Positions 36,630 through 48,800 of a DNA stretch of 64,000 nt are shown in pieces. The position numbers and the translations under genes are program-made. The stretch spans positions 68,372 through 132,371 of the forward strand of contig JAUIER010000007.1 of assembly GCA_030429765.1 (NCBI GenBank), read 5' to 3'. A model generated the notes under the pieces. The model worked only from the letters and a program-made list of their open reading frames with translations. It was not told where the DNA came from and made no database searches. How positions within the stretch are numbered: the stretch's first letter is position 1; every line of letters begins with the position of its first letter. The stretch comes from a bacterium (GTDB lineage: Bacteria; Omnitrophota; Gorgyraeia; Zapsychrales; Zapsychraceae).

Positions 36630-39611
36630 TTACGGATTGGATTCTGCGGGCGCGGCCTTCTTGGGGGCCGTCGTGGATTTCGGACGAGGTTTCGCCTTGG
36701 CTTCCGGTTCGGGCGTGTCATCTGACAAAGACATCAGGAAGTTTCGCAACACGCGGATCTGCTCGTCTTCATTTCCGTCCAGAATATCTTCCGGCCCGGA
36801 TTCCTCGTAGCTGTCCGGATCAAAGAATGTCGGCATTTTTGTGCCCGGCATCAGAGCTGACGGATTCTTCAGCCATTCAATCAGCCATTCCGGCTGCAGC
36901 CGGGTTCTGGCCAGGGCCAGGTTCGGCGCCCATGAATCCTGCGATCCCGACGGCAACTTGCCGCCGACCACGTGACACTGCGTACAGCCGAAGTAGTCTT
37001 CCGAGAAGAGTTTTTCTGCCGCCGCGTATTCTTCTTTGGTCATCTTGGTGTCCGGATCAAATTTGTATGGGAACGCATCACCGTCGACGGCTTGGAAATA
37101 CTGGATGAGTGAGTTCAGATGCGAAACGTTAAAGTTAAACGTCGGCATCCGCACGCGCAACCACGGCCGCACGATCTGCTTGGGCTCATGAAGGAAGTTA
37201 AACAGCCATTCCGGATCAAGTTTCTTACCGACACCGTGAAGATTCGGCGGACTGAAACTGTCACGTACCGTTGCCGCCTCGTTGTCTGTTTTCCCTTCGT
37301 ATTCCTTCAGCCACGTCTCAACGGTTGAGGCAATCGTACCGCCGTTGCCTTCCATGATGTGACACCCCTGACAGTTAAACTGAGCAATCAAATCCTGACC
37401 TTTCTCCTTGATCAGATTTTCCGGTGTTCGCGGAACCTTCTTGGCTTCGACGGTGCTGGTGTTCACAAATCCCATCAACGCCGTTACAATCGCCTCAATC
37501 TCCTCGTCCTTGAATTCAAAATTCGGCATCCGCAGCTTTTCATCCGGCGCCTTGATCTTTCCATGATCAAAACTTCGTGGATCCTTAAGCTTTTGTGTAA
37601 ACCAGGCATGCTTGCTGTGTTCAATGTGCAGGAAGCCAAAATCAAACTTATGGATCGACTTGCTGGCCTCTTCGGTCAGCTCAACCCCGATCGGTTTGGC
37701 GCCTTCAAATCCCTTGATGTTATGACAGCTGTAGCAGCCGTATTGGCTGATCAATTTTTCACCGGCAAAGTGAAGCTTCTCGCCGAGTTTCATTTGGGCC
37801 AGTTTGTCGCGCGCTCCCTGGTCAGTTAATCCGCGTTTTAAGAAATCGATCACAATTCCGTTTAGGATGTTGACATCAATCTCGGGGACCGGCTGAGCGT
37901 CAAACTCACGGTTTTTATCCCCTGATAGAAATTCGGCAATATCCGCCGCTTCCTGGTCCGTCAACCGCATATCCGGCATGGACGTTTTGGGATGGTAACG
38001 CGTCGGATCTTTCAGCCAATTGAACAGCCATTGCTTGGACGTCTTGGATCCCAAACCGATTAAGTTCGGACCATGACGTCGACGGAGATTGTCAATATCT
38101 GTCTTGACCAGATCGGCTTCAGGTTTGATTTGGTGGCACGCATAACAGCCGATGGATTTGACCAACTCCTCACCCGTCTCGGCGTTTCCTTTAACGGGGA
38201 GCTTGGCCTGCTGGAACGGCTGCGTGTTCTCGAATAGATAGTGGATCATCGCGTGAATCTCCTGCGATGAACGCTTGAGTGATACTGGATCGCTGTTGTT
38301 GGATTGATTAAAGTACGCCGGCATCATGGCGTTGTGACGGAATGAATGCGGATCATTGATCCAGCGATAGGCCCATTCCTTGGAAATCTTAGTATCCAGC
38401 TTGGTTAAATCAGGCCCCGGCTTGTTCCAGTGTTTGTACTTGTCGATCTCGTGACAGGCGTAGCATCCGGACTTTTCAATCAGGCTTAGCCCCAGATTCA
38501 ATTTATCGGCACCCTTGATGCGCGTTTCACCGCTGTGACACTTGAAACATTGAGACTGCGTCAACGGCAATGGAATCATCGGATCTTCCCATAACTCCAT
38601 TTGGTGATAACCGTACTTTTCTTCCCACTCGGCTTTTTGGGCCGGGCTTGAAGGCACGTGAACCGCTCCGTTGAAACTGGTCCCACGCGCCCGACCACCA
38701 TGACAGACGGTACAACCGAATTCCTCGATCGGATGCGGCGAGTTCTTGCCGACGTATTGCTCAAGATTTGGATGCGTCTTGAACGGCTGGACTTCATTCT
38801 CATAGTCCGGATTTGTGATTCCCAAATGGCAGCTGATACAGCGTTCCACTTTGGGAACGTTCATGAAATTCACGTTATCCGTAACATCCTTGAGGACAAC
38901 CTGCTCGATCTTGTTGTTGGGATTGGCCAGGTCAAGCACGGGAAGGTCCCGGACCAGATTGGCGATCTGATTGACAAAGGTCATTTCCGCCGGGTCAATA
39001 CTGTCCAGCTTTCGCTGCAACAGATCACGCTGACCGGCGATCTTGGATTGACTGCGGCGCAGCTGTTTAAGCTCTTCCCCGCAGCTCTTGATCTCCTGCT
39101 CCTTAGCCTTGAGCGCCTGCTTGCTGACTTCCAGCTGCAGACCCAGTTCGTTGACACGTTCTGATAAGGCCTGGAATTCCTCGCCATACTTCTCGGCATC
39201 GGCCTCCTGATAAGCCTCGGCATGCTCAAATTTGTACTTTAACGCGTCGAGTTCGGCCTTGCGGAATTTATAGTCCTGTTCCACAAGAATGGCCTGGTCC
39301 TCAACTTCTTTGAGGCTGGCCTTGATTTCATCGGTCAGCGCGCACTTGGCGTCAAACTCCGCCTGGGCCTTTTCCAGTTGCGCCACCAATTCATTGTACT
39401 CGTCCTGCGCTTCCAGCGTGAGGGTCTCTTTGTCCAGCTTGACCCTGGCCTTCTCGACTTCCATCGCGCGGAATTGCGTCTGATAGTCCTTCCACTCACG
39501 GTCATAGTCTTTCATGAACAATGACATGATGGCCAGCAGCAAAGCGATACTGGCAAACGCAAACAGCATGTTGAGCTTATTAATATTATAATGACGTTCG
39601 TCTTGTCCCAC
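36630..39611 (-). CDS. Membrane-anchored octaheme cytochrome c with coiled-coil stalk
   Basis: Eight CxxCH motifs (CISCH, CTVCH, CFKCH, CYACH x2, CYSCH, CQGCH, CTQCH); the last five are each followed by W...P...MP distal-Met motifs; GTG start. Confidence 0.92.
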   Translation of the reverse strand: MGQDERHYNINKLNMLFAFASIALLLAIMSLFMKDYDREWKDYQTQFRAMEVEKARVKLDKETLTLEAQDEYNELVAQLEKAQAEFDAKCALTDEIKASLKEVEDQAILVEQDYKFRKAELDALKYKFEHAEAYQEADAEKYGEEFQALSERVNELGLQLEVSKQALKAKEQEIKSCGEELKQLRRSQSKIAGQRDLLQRKLDSIDPAEMTFVNQIANLVRDLPVLDLANPNNKIEQVVLKDVTDNVNFMNVPKVERCISCHLGITNPDYENEVQPFKTHPNLEQYVGKNSPHPIEEFGCTVCHGGRARGTSFNGAVHVPSSPAQKAEWEEKYGYHQMELWEDPMIPLPLTQSQCFKCHSGETRIKGADKLNLGLSLIEKSGCYACHEIDKYKHWNKPGPDLTKLDTKISKEWAYRWINDPHSFRHNAMMPAYFNQSNNSDPVSLKRSSQEIHAMIHYLFENTQPFQQAKLPVKGNAETGEELVKSIGCYACHQIKPEADLVKTDIDNLRRRHGPNLIGLGSKTSKQWLFNWLKDPTRYHPKTSMPDMRLTDQEAADIAEFLSGDKNREFDAQPVPEIDVNILNGIVIDFLKRGLTDQGARDKLAQMKLGEKLHFAGEKLISQYGCYSCHNIKGFEGAKPIGVELTEEASKSIHKFDFGFLHIEHSKHAWFTQKLKDPRSFDHGKIKAPDEKLRMPNFEFKDEEIEAIVTALMGFVNTSTVEAKKVPRTPENLIKEKGQDLIAQFNCQGCHIMEGNGGTIASTVETWLKEYEGKTDNEAATVRDSFSPPNLHGVGKKLDPEWLFNFLHEPKQIVRPWLRVRMPTFNFNVSHLNSLIQYFQAVDGDAFPYKFDPDTKMTKEEYAAAEKLFSEDYFGCTQCHVVGGKLPSGSQDSWAPNLALARTRLQPEWLIEWLKNPSALMPGTKMPTFFDPDSYEESGPEDILDGNEDEQIRVLRNFLMSLSDDTPEPEAKAKPRPKSTTAPKKAAPAESNP

Positions 39612-39628
39612 GTATTAACCCTTCAAGC

Positions 39629-40747
39629 TTAAATATTAAAGAAGAACTCCGGAATCGCGATGATGTACTTGATATTGAACACCCAGCGCAACAGCATCTT
39701 GATCGGCAGACTGGCGGTAAAAAGCAGCAGGATAACAAACACACTGTAGCGCAACGGTCCGAGGTTCTTGAAAACATTCTTGAGCACAGTCTTGGCCAGT
39801 AACAGCGGCATCACACCGAAGTACACAAACACGGCCAAAAATCCCCACATTTCACGAAGCAATATATTCGATGGCAGCTGTTTCTTCATCCAGATCATGT
39901 AGATCAGCTCGGATAAATTCACGTTCGTCAACGCTTCCAGCTTGTGTAGGTCCCAATACTCGAATGGACCGAAGAAGTTCCAGTTCGGCCCCCTCAGGAA
40001 TGTCCCCACACTAATAAGGAAGATCCACAGGACAATCCAGAGAAACATAAAGATCGACACCGCCATCCGCCGATCGTTAAAGGTGTAATAACCCGATCCT
40101 TTTTTATTATTATCGATGTACGGAATGGCCATCAATCCGATCATGATCACCGTTGGAAAGACCACACCCGCCAGCCACGGATCAAAATAAACCAGCATTT
40201 CCTGTAAGCCCAGGAAGTACCATGGGGCCTTGGACGGGTTTGGTGACACCGAGGGATTCGCCGGTTCCTCGATCGGCGCCTGAAGCGCCATCGCCCAGAC
40301 AAGCAATAAGACCGAGCACAGGATCAGACAGATAAATTCAATGTAAACCAGATCGGGCCAGACCAAAATTTTTTCCTTGGCATCCTCCGCCTCTTGCGGC
40401 GGCTTGCCGGCCGCGATACGCGCGTCATTATCGTATGCCTGTTTCATGGATAGCCATAAGAAGAACACGACCAAAAACAGCAGTCCGACAATCGGCACAT
40501 TATCCGGTTTACTGACAATCTTACGGAAGTTCGGATCTGAAATACCAAAGCAGAAAAAGGCGAATAATCCCGACATCATCAGAATACCGCCGTTGCGTGT
40601 CCACAACTTGTAGATCCCCAGCTTGCGGTTGATCTTCTCGAAAAAGTTGTTCATTGGGAAAACGAACAGGTAACTGACGGCCAGAATCGGAAAGAGAATC
40701 TGCGGATTGGTGATTTTGTTTATGACTTCTTTGATGGTTTCAATCAT
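39629..40747 (-). CDS. petD: Cytochrome b subunit IV-like protein with N-terminal TM extension
   Basis: WPDL, APIEEPANP..SPNPSKAPWYFLGLQE (PEWY-equivalent) and IPYID motifs. Confidence 0.85.
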   Translation of the reverse strand: MIETIKEVINKITNPQILFPILAVSYLFVFPMNNFFEKINRKLGIYKLWTRNGGILMMSGLFAFFCFGISDPNFRKIVSKPDNVPIVGLLFLVVFFLWLSMKQAYDNDARIAAGKPPQEAEDAKEKILVWPDLVYIEFICLILCSVLLLVWAMALQAPIEEPANPSVSPNPSKAPWYFLGLQEMLVYFDPWLAGVVFPTVIMIGLMAIPYIDNNKKGSGYYTFNDRRMAVSIFMFLWIVLWIFLISVGTFLRGPNWNFFGPFEYWDLHKLEALTNVNLSELIYMIWMKKQLPSNILLREMWGFLAVFVYFGVMPLLLAKTVLKNVFKNLGPLRYSVFVILLLFTASLPIKMLLRWVFNIKYIIAIPEFFFNI

Positions 40748-40811
40748 TTAAGTGACTCAATATGTTAGACTTGAAAATTATTCGATCCAAATTGGTGCGG
40801 CACGCATTGGA

Positions 40812-41609
40812 CTATGTCGGTCCGGAAATTCCTCCGTCTTTACGAACGCGCCAGAAATGCACGATCATAAAGATCATAATCACAAACGGCAGTCCAATAC
40901 AGTGAAGGACATAGAATCGAAGCAGCGCCCCCTCACCGACAAACCGACCGCCCAGCATCGCAAACTTGGCGTCACTGGTTGAGGTGACGAAATTGACATC
41001 GCCTATGGCCAACAAATTCGCGCCCGGACCGCCTGTCCCGGCAAACGGCGTGGCCCCTGCCATATTCGATCCAACCGTGATCGCCCAGATCGCCAGCTGA
41101 TCCCATGGCAACAGATATCCGGTAAAACTCAAAAGCATCGTCAACACAAGCAGAATAACACCGATCGACCAGTTAAACTCGCGCGGCGGCTTGTATGATC
41201 CGGTCATAAACACGCGGAACATGTGCAGCCACACAGTAATAACCATCAAGTGAGCCCCCCAGCGATGAATCTCACGCATGATACCCAATGGTACTTGTTC
41301 GCGCATGTCGATGATGTCGCCATAGGCGTACTCAACCGTCGGACGATAATAGAACATCAATAAAATTCCGGTGATAGTCAATACCAGAAAAACAAAGAAT
41401 GACAAACCTCCCATACACCAGGTGTACTTGACCTTCACCGCGTGCTTGGGCAGCCGGACCGGATGCAGATGCAGGAACACCCCGTTGAGAACAACCATCA
41501 TGCGTTGACGACGGGTGCGCGGGATGCCGGTACGGAAGACAGCCTTCCACACCTGTGAGTTGACTATGTAATCTTGGACTTTCTTGAACATATTGTTGTT
41601 GCCGGACAT
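40812..41609 (-). CDS. petB: Cytochrome b6-like N-terminal subunit
   Basis: [52 protein letters not shown] and GISGP motifs. Confidence 0.93.
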   Translation of the reverse strand: MSGNNNMFKKVQDYIVNSQVWKAVFRTGIPRTRRQRMMVVLNGVFLHLHPVRLPKHAVKVKYTWCMGGLSFFVFLVLTITGILLMFYYRPTVEYAYGDIIDMREQVPLGIMREIHRWGAHLMVITVWLHMFRVFMTGSYKPPREFNWSIGVILLVLTMLLSFTGYLLPWDQLAIWAITVGSNMAGATPFAGTGGPGANLLAIGDVNFVTSTSDAKFAMLGGRFVGEGALLRFYVLHCIGLPFVIMIFMIVHFWRVRKDGGISGPT

Positions 41610-41636
41610 GCGTTCCTCCAGATCATTCCGATCCGC

Positions 41637-42353
41637 TTAGGCCAGGATGTAGGATTCGGGATCGTCCCACTCACCTTTTTCCTGCTGAAATTTTTGAGTT
41701 TTGTCAACGACGATCTCGCCATCATCCGCCAGGGAAATCTTGAATCGCTCCAACGGCCGCGGTGCAGGCCCTTCGAAGTGAATCCCCGTCTTGTAAAATC
41801 CGCTTCCGTGACACGGGCACTTAAACTTCTCTTCGTTCTCCAGCCAATTCGGTGTGCATCCCAGATGTGTACAGACCGTCGATAAGGCATAAATCTTTTC
41901 GCTGTCCCTGACGATCCAGGTTGCCTGCTGATCTTTGTAGCGCTCAGATACTTCCCCGACCACATAATCGTCCGGAAATCCGGCGCGGAAGGATTGTTTG
42001 GGTTCAAATAGGACATTGGGAAAGAGATATCTCAGTACCAGTGAACCGTAACCGCCGAGCACGGCCGCAAAGGCAGTCCACCCGATGGCCAACCATTTGA
42101 CAAACGTGCGTCGATCGACCTCGGGAGCGCTGGTTTGCGCTTTGGTCGCGGCCTTTCGTGTGATCGGCTTGGACACGATACCCGTTTTGCCCTGAAGCTG
42201 CGACGGTGTCACGCCGACTTGCTTGTCATCGCTTGATGTTGGATTGGCTGATGATCCGGCCGGTGGGACCGATGGCCGGGGTGGAATTTTCTTATCAGAT
42301 TTGGATTTGCCGCTGCTCTTTTTTGGAGGCTTGCTCGGATTGTTTTTACTCAT
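41637..42353 (-). CDS. petC: Rieske 2Fe-2S subunit with long K/P/S-rich N-terminus
   Basis: Tat motif DRRTFV; CTHLGC, CPCHGS and GPAPRPL motifs. Confidence 0.95.
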   Translation of the reverse strand: MSKNNPSKPPKKSSGKSKSDKKIPPRPSVPPAGSSANPTSSDDKQVGVTPSQLQGKTGIVSKPITRKAATKAQTSAPEVDRRTFVKWLAIGWTAFAAVLGGYGSLVLRYLFPNVLFEPKQSFRAGFPDDYVVGEVSERYKDQQATWIVRDSEKIYALSTVCTHLGCTPNWLENEEKFKCPCHGSGFYKTGIHFEGPAPRPLERFKISLADDGEIVVDKTQKFQQEKGEWDDPESYILA

Positions 42354-42360
42354 AACTCGC

Positions 42361-43227
42361 TTAGTTCTGTATTTGTTTCATCGCTGCCGCGCGGATCTTC
42401 ATATTTTGATCGCTGGCGGACAACGATTGAATCCGCTGGCGGATATCGGGATCCCCGAACCGCGAACTGGCGGATATGGCAGATAGAATCAAATTGTTTT
42501 TTTCGTCCCGATCGACCTCCGGGAACTTGTCCAGATAACTCCGGTCGAGTAGCTGCATGAGGATTTCTTTGCCGCTCAAATCACCCATCTGAGCCAGTGA
42601 TATAGCTGATCCCCATTGTACATTGGGTTCAAAATCTTTCAATGCTTTTTTTAAAATCGGCAGTGATTCTGAATTACCCAGATTTCCCATGGCCACCACC
42701 GCGATGGATCGTATACGCGCGTTGCTGTGATCGGCATAATCGTGCAGTAACGGGGCGTTGGTGGTATCACCTAGCTGACCAATCGCATAGATCAGCGCGG
42801 GTAAATTTTCTTCCTTTTCGTTGATAAATCCTTCGGCCAATGCCTGGCTGAAGGCCATGTTCTGCGTCCGCCCCATCGCCAGGGCCAGGTACTGCCGCAC
42901 CCGGTTGTCGTCATGCCGCGCCTGTTCAAACGCGTTGATCATCTCGTTTTCAAAACGCTCTTCCTGGGGAACCATCGCCGGATTGGATAAAATCTTTGAT
43001 AACTCAAACGCCCCCTGCCAGCGTTTGTTGTGTCCGCCGGTCTTGACATCCTCGAGATAGTCATAAACGCTGCGCTTTTCCTGGGTCAGCAAGTGAATGC
43101 CGCCGAACAACAGCACGCAGAACACCGCAATCAAAAACGGAATGATAAAGAACGAGTGAACAATGACCCGCAGGAAAGAATACTCTTCCGGCGGATTCTC
43201 AGATGTATTTTGTGGTTCGCTACTCAC
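42361..43227 (-). CDS. Membrane-anchored HEAT-repeat (PBS lyase-like) protein
   Basis: One TM segment, then VR..LALAMG, IR..A..AMG.LG and D..PNVQW..A..LA repeats; GTG start. Confidence 0.85.
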   Translation of the reverse strand: MSSEPQNTSENPPEEYSFLRVIVHSFFIIPFLIAVFCVLLFGGIHLLTQEKRSVYDYLEDVKTGGHNKRWQGAFELSKILSNPAMVPQEERFENEMINAFEQARHDDNRVRQYLALAMGRTQNMAFSQALAEGFINEKEENLPALIYAIGQLGDTTNAPLLHDYADHSNARIRSIAVVAMGNLGNSESLPILKKALKDFEPNVQWGSAISLAQMGDLSGKEILMQLLDRSYLDKFPEVDRDEKNNLILSAISASSRFGDPDIRQRIQSLSASDQNMKIRAAAMKQIQN

Positions 43228-43241
43228 TGAATACGTGTCCT

Positions 43242-43250
43242 ATTATAGCA
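43242..43250 (-). promoter_or_regulatory. Extended -10 promoter for the HEAT-Rieske-cytb operon
   Basis: TGCTATAAT in the short gap after atpC. Confidence 0.65.
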
Positions 43251-43274
43251 ATGTTTATACGCATGCAAAGTGAT

Positions 43275-43580
43275 TTATCCGGTAATTGACGCGGCTTGTT
43301 CCCGGGCCGCCTCGGCGCTGTCGGCGGATACCGCATCACTGGTCAACAGCACACATCGATTGCGGTGATCGACCTCAAAAATCCCCGGTGTTATCGCATA
43401 GTAAAACGGCTGATCCTCGGTGGTAATACGTACCACGCCCTTCGTCAACATCGATACCATCGGCGCGTGATTCTTGAAAATCCCGAAACCACCTTCCACG
43501 CCGGGCAATGAGACAGATACAATCGTCTGGTCAAATACCTTGCCCTGCGGCGTCACAATTTTTAGCGCGAGTTCACTCAT
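43275..43580 (-). CDS. atpC: F1Fo ATP synthase epsilon subunit (short)
   Basis: LKIVTP, LPG.EG.FGI..NHAP motifs; operon position. Confidence 0.9.
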   Translation of the reverse strand: MSELALKIVTPQGKVFDQTIVSVSLPGVEGGFGIFKNHAPMVSMLTKGVVRITTEDQPFYYAITPGIFEVDHRNRCVLLTSDAVSADSAEAAREQAASITG

Positions 43581-43586
43581 AACCGG

Positions 43587-45005
<1,419 letters not shown>

Positions 45006-45018
45006 TCATTCCTCGTCT

Positions 45019-45888
45019 TTAATTTATTGCTTCGGCCCCCGCGACAATCTCGGTCAGCTCGGTGGTGATCGCCGCCTGACGGGCACGGTTACGTAACAGT
45101 GTGTATTTGTTAATCAGATCCGACGCGTTCTTGGTCGCGTTATCCATCGCCGACATCCGCGCCCCGTGTTCCCCGGCGGAATTCTCGAGTAAGGCGAAAT
45201 GAATTTTGAAATACAAATAGTGCGGAATCAGATATTCCAATAGCTCTCCGGCTTCGGGTTCAAAGATATACTCCTGCGGATGATCAATCGCCTCGTCGAC
45301 CAGTTCGCGCGGATCAATCGGCAGGATCTTCTGAAACACCGTCTTCTGCGAGATCGGACTCAAGAATTGATTGTATACCGTGTAAACCTCGTCGAAGTCC
45401 CCCTCGCGATAAACCCGGCTCAAATCCTGACCGATCCGTTCAGCGGTGGCAAAACTTGGCGTCGCTGTGACGTCCTCGTAATAGGTCAGGACATCCTCTT
45501 TGTTCTTGAAAAACTGATATCCGCGTCGACCGCAAAAACTCAGCGCGATACGTTCGTACTGAGCGCGTTGGCGATCCACCCATTTAACAACCTGCTTGTT
45601 GGCATTGTGGTTGAACGCCCCGCACAATCCGCGATCGGACGTGATCACCAGGATCAGCGCATTACGGACCCTGTCTTTGGGAACCAGCAGCGGATGTAGA
45701 CCCGGATGAATGGTCGCTGAAATCCGTGATGTCATATGGGCCAGTTGACGGGCATAGGCCTTGGCGTTGCCCTGCGCCTCCTGCGCCCGGCGCAGTTTGC
45801 TGGCCGCGACCATCTTCATCGTCCGCGTGATCTTTTGCGTGTTCTTCAAGCTCTTGAGCTTGTTGTTGTATTCCTTAATACTACTCAT
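45019..45888 (-). CDS. atpG: F1Fo ATP synthase gamma subunit
   Basis: [22 protein letters not shown] and RQAAIT.EL.EI motifs. Confidence 0.98.
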   Translation of the reverse strand: MSSIKEYNNKLKSLKNTQKITRTMKMVAASKLRRAQEAQGNAKAYARQLAHMTSRISATIHPGLHPLLVPKDRVRNALILVITSDRGLCGAFNHNANKQVVKWVDRQRAQYERIALSFCGRRGYQFFKNKEDVLTYYEDVTATPSFATAERIGQDLSRVYREGDFDEVYTVYNQFLSPISQKTVFQKILPIDPRELVDEAIDHPQEYIFEPEAGELLEYLIPHYLYFKIHFALLENSAGEHGARMSAMDNATKNASDLINKYTLLRNRARQAAITTELTEIVAGAEAIN

Positions 45889-47404
45889 GCGTCTTGAAAT
45901 TCCGTTTCTTAAAATCGGTCAGCACGTTATCCAGTTCGCTTTTGACCTCGTCACTGAGCTGCTGTTCTTTGTGCAGCAGCCGCATAAAATCCGCGTACTC
46001 CGCGTCCAACGCTTCGTGTAACTTTTCTTCGAAGGCCTGCACCTGCGACACGTCGACGTCATCCAGATATCCGTTCACACCGGCGTAGATAATCACGATC
46101 TGTTTACCGACATCCAACGGAGAATAAATCCCCTGTTTGATCACCTGCATCAGTCGCTGTCCGCGCTCCAATTGCTTTCGCGTCGACTCATCAAGATCTG
46201 ACGCGAATTGCGAAAACGCCGCCAGTTCACGATACTGCGCGAGGTCCAGACGCAAAGTTCCGGCCGTTTGTTTCATGGCCTTGATCTGCGCGTCACCCCC
46301 GACCCGTGAAACTGACAGACCCGGATTGATCGCCGGACGCTGTCCGGAATTAAACAAATCAGATTCCAGAAAGATCTGCCCATCGGTAATCGAGATCACG
46401 TTCGTTGGAATGTACGCCGATACATCGCCGGCCTGTGTTTCAATTACAGGCAAAGCAGTAAGACTCCCCGCTCCTTTGGCATCGCTCATTTTCGCGGCAC
46501 GTTCGAGCAGACGGCTGTGCAGATAAAAGATATCACCCGGATAGGCTTCCCGTCCTGGTGGACGACGCAAAAGCAAAGATAATTGACGATACGCCTGCGC
46601 CTGCTTGGTTAAATCATCATAAATAATGAGCGCGTGTCGTCCTGTATCACGGTAGTACTCGGCCATCGCGCAACCTGAATACGGCGCCAAAAACTGCATC
46701 GGGGCCGGATCTGACGCGGTCGCCGCCACGATCGTAGTGTACTCCATCGCGCCGAATTTCTTGAGCGTTTCGTGAACCGACGCCACCGTTGAACGCTTTT
46801 GTCCGATCGCGACATAAAAGCAAAACACATTCTTACCGCGCTGATTGATAATCGTGTCGATCGCCAGCGCCGTCTTGCCGGTTTTACGGTCCCCGATAAT
46901 CAGCTCACGCTGTCCGCGGCCGATCGGTGTCAGCGCGTCAATAACCTTGATCCCGGTCTGCAAGGGTTCATGGACGTTTTTTCTCTCAATAATCCCGGGC
47001 GCTTTGATCTCGATCTGACGCATTTCCTTGGCCTCAATCGGTGCCAAACCGTCAATCGCCACTCCCAGGGCGTCGACAATGCGTCCGGTCAATCCCTCGC
47101 CGACAGGAACCGAGGCGATGCTTTCTGTCCGTTTGACCTGATCGCCTTCCTTGATACCCGTGTCAGAACCAAATACCGCCACCCCGACGTTGTCGGCTTC
47201 GAGGTTCAGCGCCATCCCCTTCACGCCATTACTGAATTCTACCAGCTCACCCGCCATGACGTCCGACAATCCGTGGATCCGCGCGATCCCGTCCCCGACA
47301 TTGAGCACGGTACCGACCTCATAGGTTTCACCTTTATTATCAAAATTTGTCAGCTGCTTCTTGAGTATCGAAGATATTTCTTCCGGTTTGAGTTTTGTCG
47401 ACAT
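45881..47404 (-). CDS. atpA: F1Fo ATP synthase alpha subunit
   Basis: GDRKTGKT and [10 protein letters not shown] motifs. Confidence 0.99.
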   Translation of the reverse strand: MSTKLKPEEISSILKKQLTNFDNKGETYEVGTVLNVGDGIARIHGLSDVMAGELVEFSNGVKGMALNLEADNVGVAVFGSDTGIKEGDQVKRTESIASVPVGEGLTGRIVDALGVAIDGLAPIEAKEMRQIEIKAPGIIERKNVHEPLQTGIKVIDALTPIGRGQRELIIGDRKTGKTALAIDTIINQRGKNVFCFYVAIGQKRSTVASVHETLKKFGAMEYTTIVAATASDPAPMQFLAPYSGCAMAEYYRDTGRHALIIYDDLTKQAQAYRQLSLLLRRPPGREAYPGDIFYLHSRLLERAAKMSDAKGAGSLTALPVIETQAGDVSAYIPTNVISITDGQIFLESDLFNSGQRPAINPGLSVSRVGGDAQIKAMKQTAGTLRLDLAQYRELAAFSQFASDLDESTRKQLERGQRLMQVIKQGIYSPLDVGKQIVIIYAGVNGYLDDVDVSQVQAFEEKLHEALDAEYADFMRLLHKEQQLSDEVKSELDNVLTDFKKRNFKTHE

Positions 47405-47413
47405 AGAACGTCC

Positions 47414-47950
47414 TTATTGATTGATCACTGCTCTCTTAAATTTCTTCAACTTGTTTTCGATGGAATAGTCATAAATGGTATCGTCGATCTGGATCTTGAT
47501 CCCGCCGGACATATGGGGATCAATCACGATGCGAGGCTTGACCGTCCGGCCCGTGATCTTACCGAACCGAGTCTTGATCAGATCCAGCTGAGTTGCTGTG
47601 GGTTCAGTCCGGCTGGTGACAATCGCCTCGACGGTGTCGGTGGACTGCATATAGATCAGCTCATAGGCATTGCAGACGGCCTCCAGCAGATCCAGCCGTG
47701 ACTTGTCGATGAGAAAGTGCAGGAATGTCACCGTCTGCGGTTTGAGCTTTTTGGCAAACAGGTCTGTCACAATCGTCTTTTTTTCATCGGCCGACATCAC
47801 CGGATCACATATAAACGCGCGAAATGAATCCGAGTTCTGACAGACATCCCTCAACTGCTCGAGATCATGTGCAACAGCCTCTGATAATTTCGCTTCGTCG
47901 ACCCAGTCAAAACAGGCCTGGGCGTACCGTTGGGCGACTTGTACACTCAT
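47414..47950 (-). CDS. atpH: F1Fo ATP synthase delta subunit
   Basis: VA.RYA.A and ID....GG..I...D..YD.S motifs. Confidence 0.95.
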   Translation of the reverse strand: MSVQVAQRYAQACFDWVDEAKLSEAVAHDLEQLRDVCQNSDSFRAFICDPVMSADEKKTIVTDLFAKKLKPQTVTFLHFLIDKSRLDLLEAVCNAYELIYMQSTDTVEAIVTSRTEPTATQLDLIKTRFGKITGRTVKPRIVIDPHMSGGIKIQIDDTIYDYSIENKLKKFKRAVINQ

Positions 47951-48498
47951 AGGTCTTTGAGATATTTCGAGATTAACTTTTTGTTTTTGGCATCGTCCAG
48001 CTCTTCGCCGAGGATTTTGTTCGCCAGCTCGATGGCGATGTTGGCGCTCTCCTCCCGCAATGAGGCCTGGGCCTCCTTGAGCTCTTCTTTCATATCCCGC
48101 TGCGCGTTTTCGAGAATGATCTGTGATTCCTTACGCGCCTCTTCGGTGATATGCTTGGCCGCTTCCTTGGCCGCTTTGCGGGAATCTTCGATGATGGCCT
48201 GTGCCTTGGCCTCCGACTCCTGCATCATCAACTTCTGGGTTTCGGCGAGGCTGGCCATTTCCTCACGGATCTTGTCTGCGTCCTCCACCGATTTCTTGAG
48301 ATGCTCCTCACGGGCATCGATCAGTGACAAAATCGGCTTCCAAGCGAATTTGGACAACACAAACAACAATCCAAAGAAGCAAAACCACGTCACGAATAAT
48401 AACGTCACGTCGGGAGTGAGAAAACCCGGGAGACCGCCATCCGCGTGCGCGTCATGCGGCACTTCGATTGTTTCTGTATTATCGTCTTTTTTTGCCAT
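47947..48498 (-). CDS. atpF: F1Fo ATP synthase b subunit
   Basis: TM segment plus KFAWKPIL...D.RE and a coiled coil. Confidence 0.95.
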   Translation of the reverse strand: MAKKDDNTETIEVPHDAHADGGLPGFLTPDVTLLFVTWFCFFGLLFVLSKFAWKPILSLIDAREEHLKKSVEDADKIREEMASLAETQKLMMQESEAKAQAIIEDSRKAAKEAAKHITEEARKESQIILENAQRDMKEELKEAQASLREESANIAIELANKILGEELDDAKNKKLISKYLKDL

Positions 48499-48502
48499 GA
48501 TA

Positions 48503-48721
48503 TTATTTGAAGAATAGTGTTAACAGACAAACGATACAGCTGATAACCGCGACCCCTTCAATCAGACCGGCGGCCACAACCATTGCCCCTCGAATATCCT
48601 TGGCGGCTTCCGGCTGGCGGGCAATCCCGTCCATCGCGCTGGAGGCCAGCTTTCCAATCCCAAACGCGGCACCGATTGTAATCGCGCCTACACCGATTGC
48701 TGCAAAAGTAGATCCATCCAT
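48503..48721 (-). CDS. atpE: F1Fo ATP synthase c subunit (72 aa, H+-type)
   Basis: GAAFGIG, ARQPE and LIEGV; start re-called to ATG 48721 after AAAGGA. Confidence 0.95.
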   Translation of the reverse strand: MDGSTFAAIGVGAITIGAAFGIGKLASSAMDGIARQPEAAKDIRGAMVVAAGLIEGVAVISCIVCLLTLFFK

Positions 48722-48800
48722 AATTTCATCCTTTCCTTTGAATTTTGAGTCATACAAGTTAAACGTAGCTAATTCTGTCTGCCGATACCGATCCCTGCGA

